Shown: positions 1-11,971 of the stretch, piece by piece
Layout: every line of letters starts with the position of its first letter
How positions within the stretch are numbered: position 1 is the stretch's first letter
Origin: Elsinoe ampelina
Lineage: Eukaryota
DNA: 64,000 nucleotides
Direction: 5' to 3'
Assembly (NCBI GenBank): GCA_010093995.1
Contig: ML992501.1
Location: 1,580,566 to 1,644,565 of the forward strand
Made by a program: the position numbers and the translations under genes
Notes under the pieces: model-generated
Databases searched by the model: none
The model's input: the letters and a program-made list of their open reading frames with translations, nothing else
What the model was told of the DNA's origin: nothing

Positions 1-335
1 AGGTAACGGAGTTACTACTAGCCTCCTATTTAACCTTAGCGTAACACTAGACAGTTAATAGCCTCGAGGCTAAGGGGTCTTAAAGCGGTTAGTAGAGGGC
101 ACTATAAAGAGTAACACCTTTATAGTAAGCACAAATTGGTAGTGAAAAATTGATTAGCTAATTAGATTGCGCGCTTCTTTAGCTTTAACTATTAATATCA
201 ACGACGACGACGACAATTACAAGCCTCTATTAATCTCGACCTTATACGCTTCACCGCCTGCCAAATTTTGGTGCACGAGGGGCGGTCAGCGTCGCCAAGC
301 CATGGGGTGGCCAGTTTGAACCCGAAAACCCTGTA
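1..335. mobile_element. Terminus of a RIP-mutated DNA transposon, probably Tc1/mariner superfamily
   Basis: 1-250 is AT-rich, TpA/TAG-rich and CpA/TpG-poor (RIP signature). The segment ends ...AAAACCCTG|TA (331-335), i.e. TA|CAGGG on the minus strand, which is a typical Tc1/mariner TIR start with a TA target site. The other TIR is outside the window. Confidence 0.5.
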
Positions 336-682
336 TAAGCGAAGTCTTTGTATCGAACGGTCTTTGACATCTGAATGGCCGCCACGTCGGCATTGCCGAA
401 GGTATCTCTACTATCTGCCTCGATATTTACAACGTACATCCCGCTTCAACGCATCGTTGGCTCCATAGGGCGATGGAAGGCATGTGCCATCGACCACTCT
501 CGGACCGGGACATCACGTCACGCTATAGAGACTCTCAAACTCTCTCGGCCGTATGCTCGCGTGTCACACACGTGCGACTTGCCATGCCTCGCAAGGCTGA
601 CCGATTCAAGCCATGCTCGAATACATGCCGTGAAGATGATGCTGAGCTCAATATTACAACGATTGTCACGCCACGTGCCGCT

Positions 683-2373
683 TCAATCCCGCTTGTGGCC
701 CACTTTACCTATCTTTCTGAGACCAATCAAGCCCATAGCGAGCGTGAGACCGCAGATGCCAAAGTTGAACCAGAATGCACCAATGTAGCCGTCCATGAGA
801 GCGTCCGGGGAGTGCTTGTCCGGATACAGTGTCCTTGCCGTAACACTGCTGGCGACGACTGCACTGAGAGCGATGCCTACCGACTTGCCGATCTGGCCAA
901 CGGTATTGAAGACGCCACCTGCGAGCGCTTGTGTCTTGGCTGGGAAGACGGATGTGATGAGTAGGTTGGCGACTGTGAAGAGTGCATCGACGCCGACTGC
1001 GCTCAGAACATTCGCGATGAAACCAGAGGTCCAGAAGCTCGATGACGGCGTGGCAAATGTCATGGCGAGAGGTGCAGCACAGGTGATGAAAAGACCGACA
1101 TTGACCATGAGATTCGCGGAGATGCGGTGCACTAATGCACCTGCAATGATATTCATGGTAAATCCGACGACAGCAGATGGTAAGAAACGCAGTGATGTCT
1201 GTATCGGTGACAGCTTTTGTACTTCCTGGAAGTAAAATGTGAGTAGCGTCTCGACGCTATTAAAGGTGCCCCATGAGAAGAAGACCACAAGACAGATGGT
1301 AGTGAAGTATCTGTTCTTCCACACCGAATTCGGTATGATCGCAGGCCGACCAAGCTTCTCCTGACGACCAACCCAGAGAGTGAACGCAGGTACCAGAGCT
1401 AGGCCAATGGCAAGCAAGGCGATCGTGCTGGGCTCACGAATATTCCGGGTGCTACCAGTGATCGTGGCGAACACGTACGAGGTCATGGCTAACGATGCGC
1501 TTGCCAATCCAGCACCAACCCAATCAATCTCATGAATGATCTGCTGCCGCTTCTCTTGCCAGGTTAGACTACCGGCACCGGTATTCGGGACAGCCCAGAG
1601 GATCAGCGCGATGTTCAGCGCGATGATTCCTGAGCCGATGTAGAAGCCCGCCCTCCAGGTGACAAACTGCGCCAGCACACCACCTAGGACAAGTCCGACC
1701 ACGAAGCCAACAGGCTGACCAGACCCCAGCACCGCAAAAGCCATGTTACGCTGCTTGCCCACGAATGACGAGGTAATAATGCTGACCGCACTCGGTAGGC
1801 AGAACGAGATCGCAACCCCAGTCAGTCCACGAAACAGAACAATCTCGAAGCCATTTCGTGACAGACCACATCCTAGTACAAAGCCAGTCTGGAGAATGGT
1901 ACCCCAGAGATACATCATCTTCGACCCGAGAGCGTCGCAAATTGAGCCCGCAAGGAGAAGCGTGCAACCACATGTGAGAGCCGGTATCGCCACAGGCCTG
2001 ATCTTGATCAGCATGGTCCAGGAGGAAAACTGATTTTCTGGTCTCACCATATCAAAAGCTCAGGACCAAGCTTGAGATCCCGGTCGAGGGTAGGTAGCAC
2101 GACCGTGACCAGACCGTTGAGCATGGAGCTCACGCCAGTGACCATAGCGATGGAGAAGATGATGGCGACCGAACGAGCCTTGGTCGTCACAATCTGGTCC
2201 GCCGTGGCAGCCTCATCTTCTGCCGGACTGTGCTCCGCGAACACGGTCGAATAATGGTTCTCACCAGCGATGTGTGCTGCGTCTGGCCTTACCAAGCTCG
2301 ACTTGGAGCTGGCGAAGGTTCGTAGCTCATGGGTCGACGCAGAGTTGATGGATGGGGTTGAGGTATTGTTCAT
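683..2373 (-). CDS. MFS transporter, DHA2-like 14-TM drug:H+ antiporter; 1 intron (1998-2047)
   Basis: ORFs 2044-2373 and 683-2050 join through GTGAGA...CTGAT...CAG to give ELLIW-PVAIPALT. Many hydrophobic helices and MFS motifs (GSICDALGSK, GQPVGFVVGLVLGG, WRAGFY). Confidence 0.9.
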
Positions 2374-2704
2374 GGTGTTCGGAAGAGAGTGTTATCGTAA
2401 AGAGCGACTGTCAGCTTGGATATGCCATATTTGAATGTGGTTGAGACGATTCGTGATGTGAAATCCATCTTCACATGCGGTCTCCCAACGCGGAAATGTG
2501 CCGTCATGATTTTTGGCTGCATCGTAGACATCAACTAGAGCCAAGACGGGAGGTGGTGTCAAGAGTCTTGAGATGAAGATCCGAGGTATGAAGGTATGCA
2601 CTGCACATCTCCTGGTTATTATAGGAAAGCAGTGTCATTGCGGAGGGTGTGTGAGGAAGACCATTACACTCAATCGATTCATTCACATTGCGAGCCTGGG
2701 TATC

Positions 2705-3940
2705 TTAAGCATGACCATTTGTTCCATTTGTCCCATTGACCTTGCCCTCTTCCTCTTTGGCGTTTGTCCCATTCGTCTCAGCATCCGCTGTCACGGCCTT
2801 GTTCGTCGATTCCTGCTGTGATTTCCATAGGCGGACCTTTCCATCCAGACCACAAGTGGCAATGAGATTGCCATCTGGACTAGTATCCACGCCCAAGACC
2901 GGACCGTCATGCGCCGCAATCTTTTGCAAAGTCTCCTTGGTGTTGACGTCCCAAAGAACCACCGTTCCATCTTCACTGCCAGCTGCGATGAAAGCCCACT
3001 CCTCACCTCCTTCGACAGCGCCATACTTCCCAAAGCAGACCGCAGCACTGTATCGCTCATTCTTGCCGCCGAAGTATGTCTTGATCACCCTTCCCTCGAC
3101 ATATCTCCACAGTCGAATTGTGCTGTCTAGTGTAGCAGCGACAACAAACTTGCCATTCGGACTGAACCTCACGGCTCCCACCGGCTTGTGGTCTTCATGT
3201 ACCAGCGTCTTCAAGCATTGTCCTGTCCCACTGTCCCAGATCCGTATCAATCCATCGCTGCTACAGCTGGCCACTAATGTTCCGTCTCTTACAAAGTCCA
3301 CCCCGGACACCGGATCGCTATGCGCCGGTAACGACCGCATCACCCTCGCTGTCCGTACATCCCACAAGAACACCGCCTCATCATAGCTCCCCGAAGCCAG
3401 CATGTTACCCTTCGGACTGAAGGCCACGCTGTAGACGTAATTGCTATGCCCAAGCAGCGGCGTCGGGAAGCTCTTCCCTGCCTTCACGTCCCATAACCGT
3501 ATGCTCTTGTCATCACTTCCCGATGCGAGTACTGTGCTGTCCGGATTCCATGCCAGAGTAGATATGCCCGCGAGATGACCTTCGAGCGTGTGTACGAGGG
3601 TGAATGACGGTATAGACCAGATCTTGATCGTCGCGTCCGAGGAAGCAGAGGCAAGGAGGTTGCCGGAGGGGGAGAACTTGACTGTACTGACTGAGGATGC
3701 ATGTCCATGTAGAGTCGAGTGAGGGATGAAGTTCAAGCTGGTCGGTCTTTGTGGAGGTAGAGGTGTTGCAGGCTCCGCAGATGATACGGGTGACGAGGGT
3801 AGTGGTGAGTCTTCGTATGCATACCCCTCATAGTCTGTAGCGCGACTTTTGGCTGGTGGAAGAGAAGCAGTGTCCTCGTACTCGGATCGTTTGCGCTTCG
3901 GAGAGCGGGGCCGAAGATTTTCAGTGTCAGCGATGCTCAT
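2705..3940 (-). CDS. SWD3: WD40 protein WDR5/Swd3 (COMPASS subunit)
   Basis: Seven WD40 repeats with WDR5-typical strings (GHLAGISTLAW, SGSYDEAVFLWDVR, LPAHSDPVSGVDF, DGLIRIWD..TGQCLKTL). Confidence 0.9.
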   Translation of the reverse strand: MSIADTENLRPRSPKRKRSEYEDTASLPPAKSRATDYEGYAYEDSPLPSSPVSSAEPATPLPPQRPTSLNFIPHSTLHGHASSVSTVKFSPSGNLLASASSDATIKIWSIPSFTLVHTLEGHLAGISTLAWNPDSTVLASGSDDKSIRLWDVKAGKSFPTPLLGHSNYVYSVAFSPKGNMLASGSYDEAVFLWDVRTARVMRSLPAHSDPVSGVDFVRDGTLVASCSSDGLIRIWDSGTGQCLKTLVHEDHKPVGAVRFSPNGKFVVAATLDSTIRLWRYVEGRVIKTYFGGKNERYSAAVCFGKYGAVEGGEEWAFIAAGSEDGTVVLWDVNTKETLQKIAAHDGPVLGVDTSPDGNLIATCGLDGKVRLWKSQQESTNKAVTADAETNGTNAKEEEGKVNGTNGTNGHA

Positions 3941-4188
3941 ACTGGGCGATTGGCAGGGCGAGAGCCCGACACGTGAAGGTGTGATGCTAGAAACAAAGGA
4001 GTGCTCTTTCGCAGGACGAGGTGAACATTCCCTGCATGAGCGTCGATCTGGTCAACCGTTGCCCGACTGCAGCTACCACATTGACGTCAGGGGCACCGTA
4101 CGGCTTCATTCAACTGCCATCCCTTCTCTATTCTGCTACCTCTACCCACACCTTTCCCACCTCGACCTCCCCTCCATCACCACTCACC

Positions 4189-5568
4189 ATGACCGACCCC
4201 CCACCCACCTCCCTCCGCCTCCTCTCCCTCAACTGCTGGGGCCTCAAGTTCCTCTCCGCCCACCGCGCCGCCCGCTTCACCCACATCGCCCACCTCCTCA
4301 CCACCGCCTCCCCCGTCCCGGACATCGTCTGCCTCCAAGAAATCTGGACCCAAGCCGACTACACCATCATCCGCGCCGCCACCTCCACGCTCCTCCCGCA
4401 CGCCAAATTCTACTACTCGGGCATCTTCGGCGGCGGCCTCGCCATCCTCTCGCGCTACCCCATCGTCGAGTCCAGCATGTTCGGGTACCCCCTCAACGGC
4501 CGGCCGACTGCCTTCTTCCGGGGCGATTGGTTCGTGGGTAAAGGCGTGGCGTGTGCGAGGGTGCAGCTCCCTCCGTCGGACCCGCCGAGGAAGACGGATA
4601 CGCTCGAGGTGTTCTGCACGCATCTCCATGCGCCGTACGAGCCGGAGGATAGGGATACGTATATTTGCCATCGTACGGCGCAGGCGTGGGAGATCGCGAA
4701 GAAGATGAGGCATGCGGCGGAGAGGGGCCATTTGGTGGTGGGGATGGGGGATTTCAATATGATTCCGTTGAGTTTGGCGCATAGGTTGATAGAGGGACAT
4801 GCGCCGGTGAGGGATGTCTGGAGGGTGGTGTATCCGGATAGTGCGATTGGGAGTAGTTTCAATAGGCAGGAGAAGGTGAGGGAGAGGAAGGTGCCGACGG
4901 CGAGGGAGGCGGTGGAGGAGCATGGCGCGACGTGTGATAGTCGTTTCAATACGTGGAGGTGGAGCAAGCAGCATCAGAAAGACTTGGGGAAGGGAAGGGA
5001 TAGGGTGGTGGACCCCGAGGAGGAGGATCCGCATAGTCAGAGGTTGGATTACATCTTCTTTGGGGGCCAAGGGGGGTGGGAGGTGCGGGATGTGAATGTT
5101 GGGATGATGGAGAGGGAGCCGACGACTAGGTGTAGTTTGAGCGATCACTTCTCGGTGGAGGCGACGGTGGAGAGGGTAGAGGCAGTGGCGGAATCAGATG
5201 ATGAGGCAGGAGCACTGAGGCAGGGATTGCCAGTGGAGACGTATGATGAGATTCTGGACATAATCAAAGGATACGAGGCAAGGGAGCGCCAGCAGAGGAG
5301 ATGGAGACTAGGACATTTCATCGCTCAAGTGGTTGTCACAATTGGGTGTCTGACAGCAATTTGGTGGAGCCCGAGGAACTTTGTTGCATTTCTGCTGATG
5401 CTGCTAAGCTCGCTAGGCTTGACCGCTGGTGTCATCGACGGGTTGATCGGTGGACTGTTTGTGGGCAGTGAGTTGCGAGCTCTGAGAGAGTTTGAATGGG
5501 AAATATGGAATGCGAAAAGACTTGTTGAGGGAAGAAAAGGCTCGGAAGGATACGAATTGAAGGATTGA
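4189..5568 (+). CDS. ISC1: Inositol phosphosphingolipid phospholipase C (neutral sphingomyelinase family)
   Basis: LSLNCWGLK, CLQEIW, GRPTAFFRGDWFVGKG P-loop-like motif, THLHAPY, GDFN, LDYIF, SDHF, and two C-terminal TM helices. Start taken at ATG 4189. Confidence 0.93.
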   Translation: MTDPPPTSLRLLSLNCWGLKFLSAHRAARFTHIAHLLTTASPVPDIVCLQEIWTQADYTIIRAATSTLLPHAKFYYSGIFGGGLAILSRYPIVESSMFGYPLNGRPTAFFRGDWFVGKGVACARVQLPPSDPPRKTDTLEVFCTHLHAPYEPEDRDTYICHRTAQAWEIAKKMRHAAERGHLVVGMGDFNMIPLSLAHRLIEGHAPVRDVWRVVYPDSAIGSSFNRQEKVRERKVPTAREAVEEHGATCDSRFNTWRWSKQHQKDLGKGRDRVVDPEEEDPHSQRLDYIFFGGQGGWEVRDVNVGMMEREPTTRCSLSDHFSVEATVERVEAVAESDDEAGALRQGLPVETYDEILDIIKGYEARERQQRRWRLGHFIAQVVVTIGCLTAIWWSPRNFVAFLLMLLSSLGLTAGVIDGLIGGLFVGSELRALREFEWEIWNAKRLVEGRKGSEGYELKD

Positions 5569-8500
5569 GGATCGATACTATCGCGAGAGGATGAGTAGCG
5601 GTGGACAGGCACGACAAGCAGGACAATATCGTGAGCATCAAGCTCTCGACGAGCAAGACCTACGTGTGTTTGTGTTCGACGGCAGGAGTTGCGGGCACAG
5701 CACCATTGAAGCTTCATTAAAGCATATACCAAGGGCTGAAAGCGACGACTCTTTGGACTTGAGTTTTGCATGATACCCAAACTGCAATAGGAGGAAGAAT
5801 AGGCTATTTCGAGCATGCCTCAGGGTTTGCGGCCGCATGAGCCTGAATGATAGAGGATTCGGTCGAGAGGAAGGGCATAAAAAGTGTCAACGAATGGGCG
5901 AAAGTGTATGTAGCTGAACAGCAGAGCCACGAGCTTCGACATACCCAGTAGAGCATGAAATCAAGCTTACCGTCTCCGAGTTTTGTCCAGCTTACTTATC
6001 ACGGTGTACGCAGTCAAGGATTCGGCATGCGACAAACTGCCAGCTCTGTCTTTTACTTCACGACCCTTGCCTTGAGGCTGTCCAAAACTCTATCCCTCCT
6101 AGTTTCCTCTAAACCGAATTCCCATTTCCCAAAAGCGACACATTAAGCGCGTGGCAAGCGACTCGTGACAGCCACCTCCAGGGTCTGGCAGCGTACTCTG
6201 ACAGGATTTTGTAACAGAGTGAGCCTCTGCGGACAAAACCCTCGTGCGCACGACGTCAGTGGATCAGGGGGATGTCCCAAGGGTCGACACGAACCCTGAT
6301 GCATCTCGTGAGGGCATGCGGCGAAAAGCTTTGGCCCAACCAAGATTTCTCGCACGTTTTGCCACGAGAGATCAAGTCGTCGTTACATTTGAGGTCCAAG
6401 TTGATAGACGTGAGGGGGGCCGGAGGGGAAAAGGTCTCGACTGCATGTCGCGGCACGGTGGAATTGATTGCGGCCAAAAGTCATGAAGATAAGCCTCGGG
6501 CCTGGAGAGAAGTGTTTTTCTGCCGTGCCGTGTGAGAAGTGGACACGACGGAAGGGCTGTTGGAGGGATTAGTGTACCTGCAGGTGCTCATGCAGGACGA
6601 GAATTGAGCTGGGCAAACGTCGAGGATATTTCTCCGGTGTTGCTCAGCATGCAGGTACTGGAGACAACTTCTTGGGCATCACTACGAGACTCGCATGGGT
6701 GTGTAGAGTGGTCGAGTTGACCTCACAGGTTCAGCTGGGACGGAGCAGGCCGGGGTGGTGGATCGACCTCGTCAATTCTCAACCACGGCACGACTGTGGA
6801 GAGGACAGAGTGAGGACTCCACCCGACCAGTTGTTGGACTGGCTGTTGCCCGAGCAGGTGGGCTCTGGAGTCCAAAGTCCAAGAGGTACAGTACCTGATC
6901 TGCAATAGTTTTGTGGGTCGCAGAGAGCTCTTCGAAGTGTGTGAGCATCGGTTGGAAGATTCGGATGCTCCAATTTACCACAGTGTCGGGCTCAGGCTCC
7001 GGACGGCAGGTGCTGGAGAAAGACGGTTGTTGGGAATATCCTATTCCTCCACCAGGGAAGATCTGCTTCACGCGGAAGAGAATGACAGCTGCAGACGCGA
7101 GTTTAGGCGTCCTGACGGCATACACGCTAGAATGACTTTGGGATGAATGTTTTTGGTACCGCGTTTGTGTTTCTCTTATTAGTCGTGGATATTCACCATG
7201 TGGGGCAGACTTTGCCATGGCGAAGAGAGTGTGTATCCATGGCTTTGGTGGCTGACATGGTGAGGCATTTTGGGGCTATTCGCGAGGACGGGGAGCGGCA
7301 TCACATATTACCCAACTGACTCGGACAATAAACACAGATCGGCGACGAAATGGGGCTCGGAGACAGACCGAGGTGTCCAAAACAATGGAACTGTCGATCG
7401 GGCGAGTCGTTGGCACTGGATCATGGTCGACTCTGATCTCTCCTCAGCAAACATGTTGAAGGATGGCTTAACCTGTGCAACTCTATCGACTATTGAGAAG
7501 ATGCAGCATTGGTCAAGGTAGAGACAGCCCGTTGAGAGATTCCTGCAGGTCCTGACGGCGGCCAGCAGGGTCCTCTCAGAGTTCGCAGGTTTCCACAGAG
7601 GACATGCATTTAAAAGCTGCGATACAGTTTAGCGCGGTGGAGGCTAATTGCTGCAAGCCGATGATGGTGTCCTTTTTAAGCTCTTGCTCTGTGCGCACGT
7701 CGAGTCCACGCGACAGCCGATCACTTGTCACGAGAGGGACGAGTCAGACCTTGACGAGACAGTCGAATGAGGTCCAGATTGGACTCGAGAGGGTTGGCAT
7801 CTTGATCGTGACTTGCGAGGGCTGCTGCATCCTTGTGCTCAAGCCCTTGCCCACAATAACAAGTGTCCCCATGTCTATCAATAATGTGATCAAGTGCATC
7901 ATCACGCGTTCGATGGGTGCGTGGGCTCCACTGTAGGATGCACTTGAGCAGCTGAAGCGAAATTTGCATGTCGAAAAACAGCCAAAAGAGCGTGTTGATT
8001 GTGGCGGTCGCACGCTGGACCAAATCGAGATTAGCCTGCGGCAACGACCTCGAGGGCTCTGGCTGCCGCCGGGGAACGATTCTTTCTGAATCCCCAGTGG
8101 GACCAGTGCTCGACTGTGGTCCGCAGGCTCAATAGATCACGGGCCCTTTGCCTCTTTTGCGTGCCAGGGCTCACCAACCTTGGACCAAAAGGTGTCTTTC
8201 ACCTGAAAGGCTTGTTGAACATCCACAAACACAGACCCCCGGCAGCCATCGACAGCCACCAGTCCCCAAGCTCAAGCTCGCTCGAGCTCCTCATCCTGAT
8301 CCTGGTCGTGTCATTGGGAAAACATTTTATTAACAAACACACGCCCACCCCTTCGCCTTTTGGTCAGTTGGCGCCTCTGCATATTGTTATTGTCGTCACC
8401 AAGAGGGCTGGAAGACTCCTCTCGCTTTCGGCTTCGCTTCTCTGTATCGTACTCGCCTGGACTATTACACCCAGCATCACCTGTAGAACCGTTTCCTTTC

Positions 8501-9000
8501 AAATCCCACAGGAAGGGTTTCTCGGCCGAGGGAATCGCGTGCAGGAGCCCCCTCTGGATCAAAGCCAACGCGTCTACCTGACTGCTTCGGCTTTTTTTTT
8601 CTACCATATCACTACGAAAGCACATACGACTTGCGATCTATTTCCCTCCGACCGTTCATTTTCGCTTCACCGTTGGACTGTTGCTGCCATTTCGCCTTGA
8701 AATTCCCGACTCCGGCCAGTCGTGACCTATTACCGTCAGCAAAGTCTGGACTCGACCGTTCCCGTTAAACCATTGCGTTGTCCGAGTTGCGTGCGGTCCG
8801 AGTTGCCAACGAAGGATCCGAGAATCCAAACGCAAATGCAAATGACTGACTGATCAAACACTGTCGCCCTCTGGAAGAATCTGACAAAACCTTTGTCGTC
8901 CCATGATCCGGATCTTTTACCTTGATATCTTCCCGCCAACTTCCTGATTGCCGTCACATCACAGGCGCCATCAAACATCAATCAACGATCGCACATTGTA

Positions 9001-10338
9001 ATGGCTGATCTACGACCGGTCATGCATAGACGCACAACCTCCCACGAGAGCTCCTCGTCGGGTGCGTCTATCGCGCACAGGCTCATTCTCGAACACATCT
9101 TGAGCTACCCAGGCACATATGAGCTACCTCTTAGGACCATGTACGCTCTCAACTCGGTACCACGTGCCCAGCTGCCACGGCCGAGGACACCAGGTTCCAC
9201 CGCCACTGGTGTCAACAGCACTGGCGAGGCTGCCCAGAAGCTCACGACTTCTTTGATGGCTGAGATCTCGCAAATGCCAAACCAGCCAAATTCACTACCT
9301 CCGGCCTTCATCACTTCGTTCGTCCGTAAATGCTTCGCCTCGGAACTCAGCCTTGTCGACTTCCCTCAGGCCTTGACTGGTCTGGATTACCTCAAGGATC
9401 TAGAGACGCGACGACGTCGCGAGATGCAAGCAGTCCTTGATCGTGTCGGCATTACTCGCGAGAACATCCACAATGCCGAAGACTTACTCCGTGATCACCC
9501 AGAAGCATATGACTGGTACAAGTCTTTAGAAGACAAGACCTCCAAAGTCGAGGTTCTCTACGCCAAGCTTCATGTCGCTCTGCGCAGGTGGATCCTGATC
9601 AACGAGATGTCGCTCGAGCCCTACAGCAAGAGCAGCTGCATTGCAATGCTCAACACAGTCTACCCGCCCATGGCCGCGTCACCAGCAGCACAGCTGAGCG
9701 AGAGCACCCTCAAGTCACAGCGCGAGACCTTTTTCAAATACATCACCGCGGTTGAGAGATCAGGCCCTGGTATCCTCAGTAACCTTATCGCCCAGGGCAA
9801 GAGAACTAGCGAGCAGAACGGTTGGCCTTCGACCCGCGAAATCCTTGATGACTACCTCCTCACCTGCAACAACATGATCGACGAATGTATCTCCATCGGC
9901 TCTAGCTCTGATGTCTCCAGGCGCGCCAACCGCAAGGCCGATTCCGGTGTTTCTTTCCTCGACAGTCGCAAGAATAGCTCATCGAGCGAGAAGTCTGTTA
10001 CTACACCCTCATCAACCGACCGTCCAGTCTCTCGCGCAGCACCGCACAAATCGACCAGTGCACTCGAGAAGCTTGCCCGCGAGATTCGTCACCTCAAGCG
10101 CAACAAGACTGATGTCAGCGAGATGATTCCCCAGATCAAGGTCGACGAGAATGTCGAGCAGCCATCCAAGTCAGTGCGCAAGATGAAGAGCTTGAGCAGC
10201 CTCAGCCTCCGCAGGTCTTCATCTCGCAACGGTAGTGTCGCCTCATCTTCATCCAAGGACATTCCAGACTTTGACCAAGAAGCCATGCGCAAGCAACGTC
10301 TTGCATACGACGTCCACATGATGGCCGCCGCTGGCTGA
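9001..10338 (+). CDS. Uncharacterised fungal protein, 445 aa
   Basis: Long ORF with coding-type codon bias. Globular-looking N-terminal part (LEHILSYPGTYELPLRTMYALN, DFPQALTGLDYLKDLE) and Ser/Arg-rich C-terminus. No function recognised. Confidence 0.85.
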   Translation: MADLRPVMHRRTTSHESSSSGASIAHRLILEHILSYPGTYELPLRTMYALNSVPRAQLPRPRTPGSTATGVNSTGEAAQKLTTSLMAEISQMPNQPNSLPPAFITSFVRKCFASELSLVDFPQALTGLDYLKDLETRRRREMQAVLDRVGITRENIHNAEDLLRDHPEAYDWYKSLEDKTSKVEVLYAKLHVALRRWILINEMSLEPYSKSSCIAMLNTVYPPMAASPAAQLSESTLKSQRETFFKYITAVERSGPGILSNLIAQGKRTSEQNGWPSTREILDDYLLTCNNMIDECISIGSSSDVSRRANRKADSGVSFLDSRKNSSSSEKSVTTPSSTDRPVSRAAPHKSTSALEKLAREIRHLKRNKTDVSEMIPQIKVDENVEQPSKSVRKMKSLSSLSLRRSSSRNGSVASSSSKDIPDFDQEAMRKQRLAYDVHMMAAAG

Positions 10339-10876
10339 TCAGCTCGACATTCATCATACCCTTTGTTCTCTCTCGTCTTTAAATTCCAGCGAATACCCCT
10401 AGAGCGTACCTCGAGGCTCTCACGAGCTCACATCTACTGTCAATGTCTACCACTCAATATGGCTTTTTTCTTGTCACGCCGGTCACGATTGATGCACTTA
10501 TCAGGGGTATATGCACGGCGTTTGGTATTCGAAAAGGGCATATCAACGGACCGGAAAAGTGCAACACGATGGGCACGTAAAATAGGTTCTGACCAAGGCC
10601 AAAAGGAATAGTACTTAGTGTAAAGACAACCACGTTGAAATGAAACAAAATCAAACATATCAAGACTCGATGTCATTGCCGTTCTATCAACCTCTGGTGC
10701 ATAAATTCGACAATTGCTCTCTCTCCATGCTTCGAGCAATACCAGTCACACCCATTCGAGTCATCCCGCCCCCGCCACGGTACAAAATCCCAATTCCTCC
10801 CCACCCGCCCCTCTCCCAAGTCCCTTTGCCACCACCCAAACCACCCCTTCGCCCCTCCGCACACAATCCCACCAAG

Positions 10877-11875
10877 ATGTACCCCCCTCAAACCCTCGAC
10901 TACCACACCCTCGACGTCTTCACCACCTCCCCCTTCACCGGCAACCCCCTCGCCGTGATCCTCGTCCCCTCATACCTGACCCCCGTCCTCTCGCAAACCA
11001 CCAAACAACTCCTCGCCCGCGAATTCAACTACTCGGAAACCACCTTCCTGCACCTCCCCGCGCCGTCCTCCCACCGCGTCCCTCCCCCCACCACCCCTCC
11101 CTCCGCGGACCAGCAGGACATGCCCGAGTGGCGCCTCGATATCTTCCTCACGACGGCCGAGGTGCCCCTCGCCGGCCACCCGGTGATCGGGACGGCGGTG
11201 TGGGCTTTGCTCGACGCGGGGAGGAGAAAGGGCGTGTTTGTCACCAGGGCCGGGAGGGTGGAGTTGGAGATGGATGAGGCGGGGAGGGTCACGGCGGGGA
11301 TCCCGCATCGGGTGCATCTGCATGAGAGGTTCGGGTTTGGGGCGGGGGAGTTGGCGAGGCAGCAGCCGGGTTTGGCGGAGGTGTTGGGGGGTAGGTTGGA
11401 GGAGGTGGGGAGTGCGGTGAGGACGTTGAGTATTGTGAGGGGAATGACGTTTGTGTTTGTTAGGTTGCCGGATGTGGAGGCGCTTGCGAGTGTGGAGTTG
11501 TTCGCGGAGAAACTCAGGAGTGAGGAGTTGGATCAGGGGTGGGGGGAGGGGGTGTTGATGATGATGTTTTATGTGGTTGTCGGGGAAGAGGGAGGGGTGA
11601 CGAGGTTGAGGACGAGGATGGTCGAGGGCATGTTTGAGGATCCGGCCACGGGGTCGGCGAGTTGTGGGTTGGGGTGTCTGTTGAGTATAAACGAGGGGTT
11701 GGAAGGGGAGGGCACGAGGAGGTTTGAGATGACGCAGGCGGTGGAGATGGGGAGGAAGAGTGAGATTGGGGTCGAGGTGGAGGTGGGTGGGGGCGAGATC
11801 AAGCAGGTGAGGCTGAAGGGGACGGCGGTGGAGATTATGAAAGGTAGTGTGAGGTATGAGCAGATGGCAATGTGA
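10877..11875 (+). CDS. PhzF-like (phenazine biosynthesis / DAP-epimerase fold) protein
   Basis: Family motifs DVFT..PFTGNPLAV, EFNYSETTF, EVPLAGHP, EDPATGSA, QAVEMGR. Start taken at ATG 10877. Confidence 0.92.
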   Translation: MYPPQTLDYHTLDVFTTSPFTGNPLAVILVPSYLTPVLSQTTKQLLAREFNYSETTFLHLPAPSSHRVPPPTTPPSADQQDMPEWRLDIFLTTAEVPLAGHPVIGTAVWALLDAGRRKGVFVTRAGRVELEMDEAGRVTAGIPHRVHLHERFGFGAGELARQQPGLAEVLGGRLEEVGSAVRTLSIVRGMTFVFVRLPDVEALASVELFAEKLRSEELDQGWGEGVLMMMFYVVVGEEGGVTRLRTRMVEGMFEDPATGSASCGLGCLLSINEGLEGEGTRRFEMTQAVEMGRKSEIGVEVEVGGGEIKQVRLKGTAVEIMKGSVRYEQMAM

Positions 11876-11971
11876 GAAAGATATATTTCCCGTACATATA
11901 AGTCATAAAAGTCAGTCGTGTCTAATTCTATCACCCTCAGAACGACTTGCCAGCCAAATAAATCGTGACAA

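Noticed and set aside
201..215. (ACG)n short repeat
   Set aside because: Only about five units inside the transposon remnant; no evident significance.
10877..11875. Phenazine biosynthesis cluster or horizontal transfer
   Set aside because: Stand-alone PhzF-like genes are common in fungi and no other phz genes are nearby.
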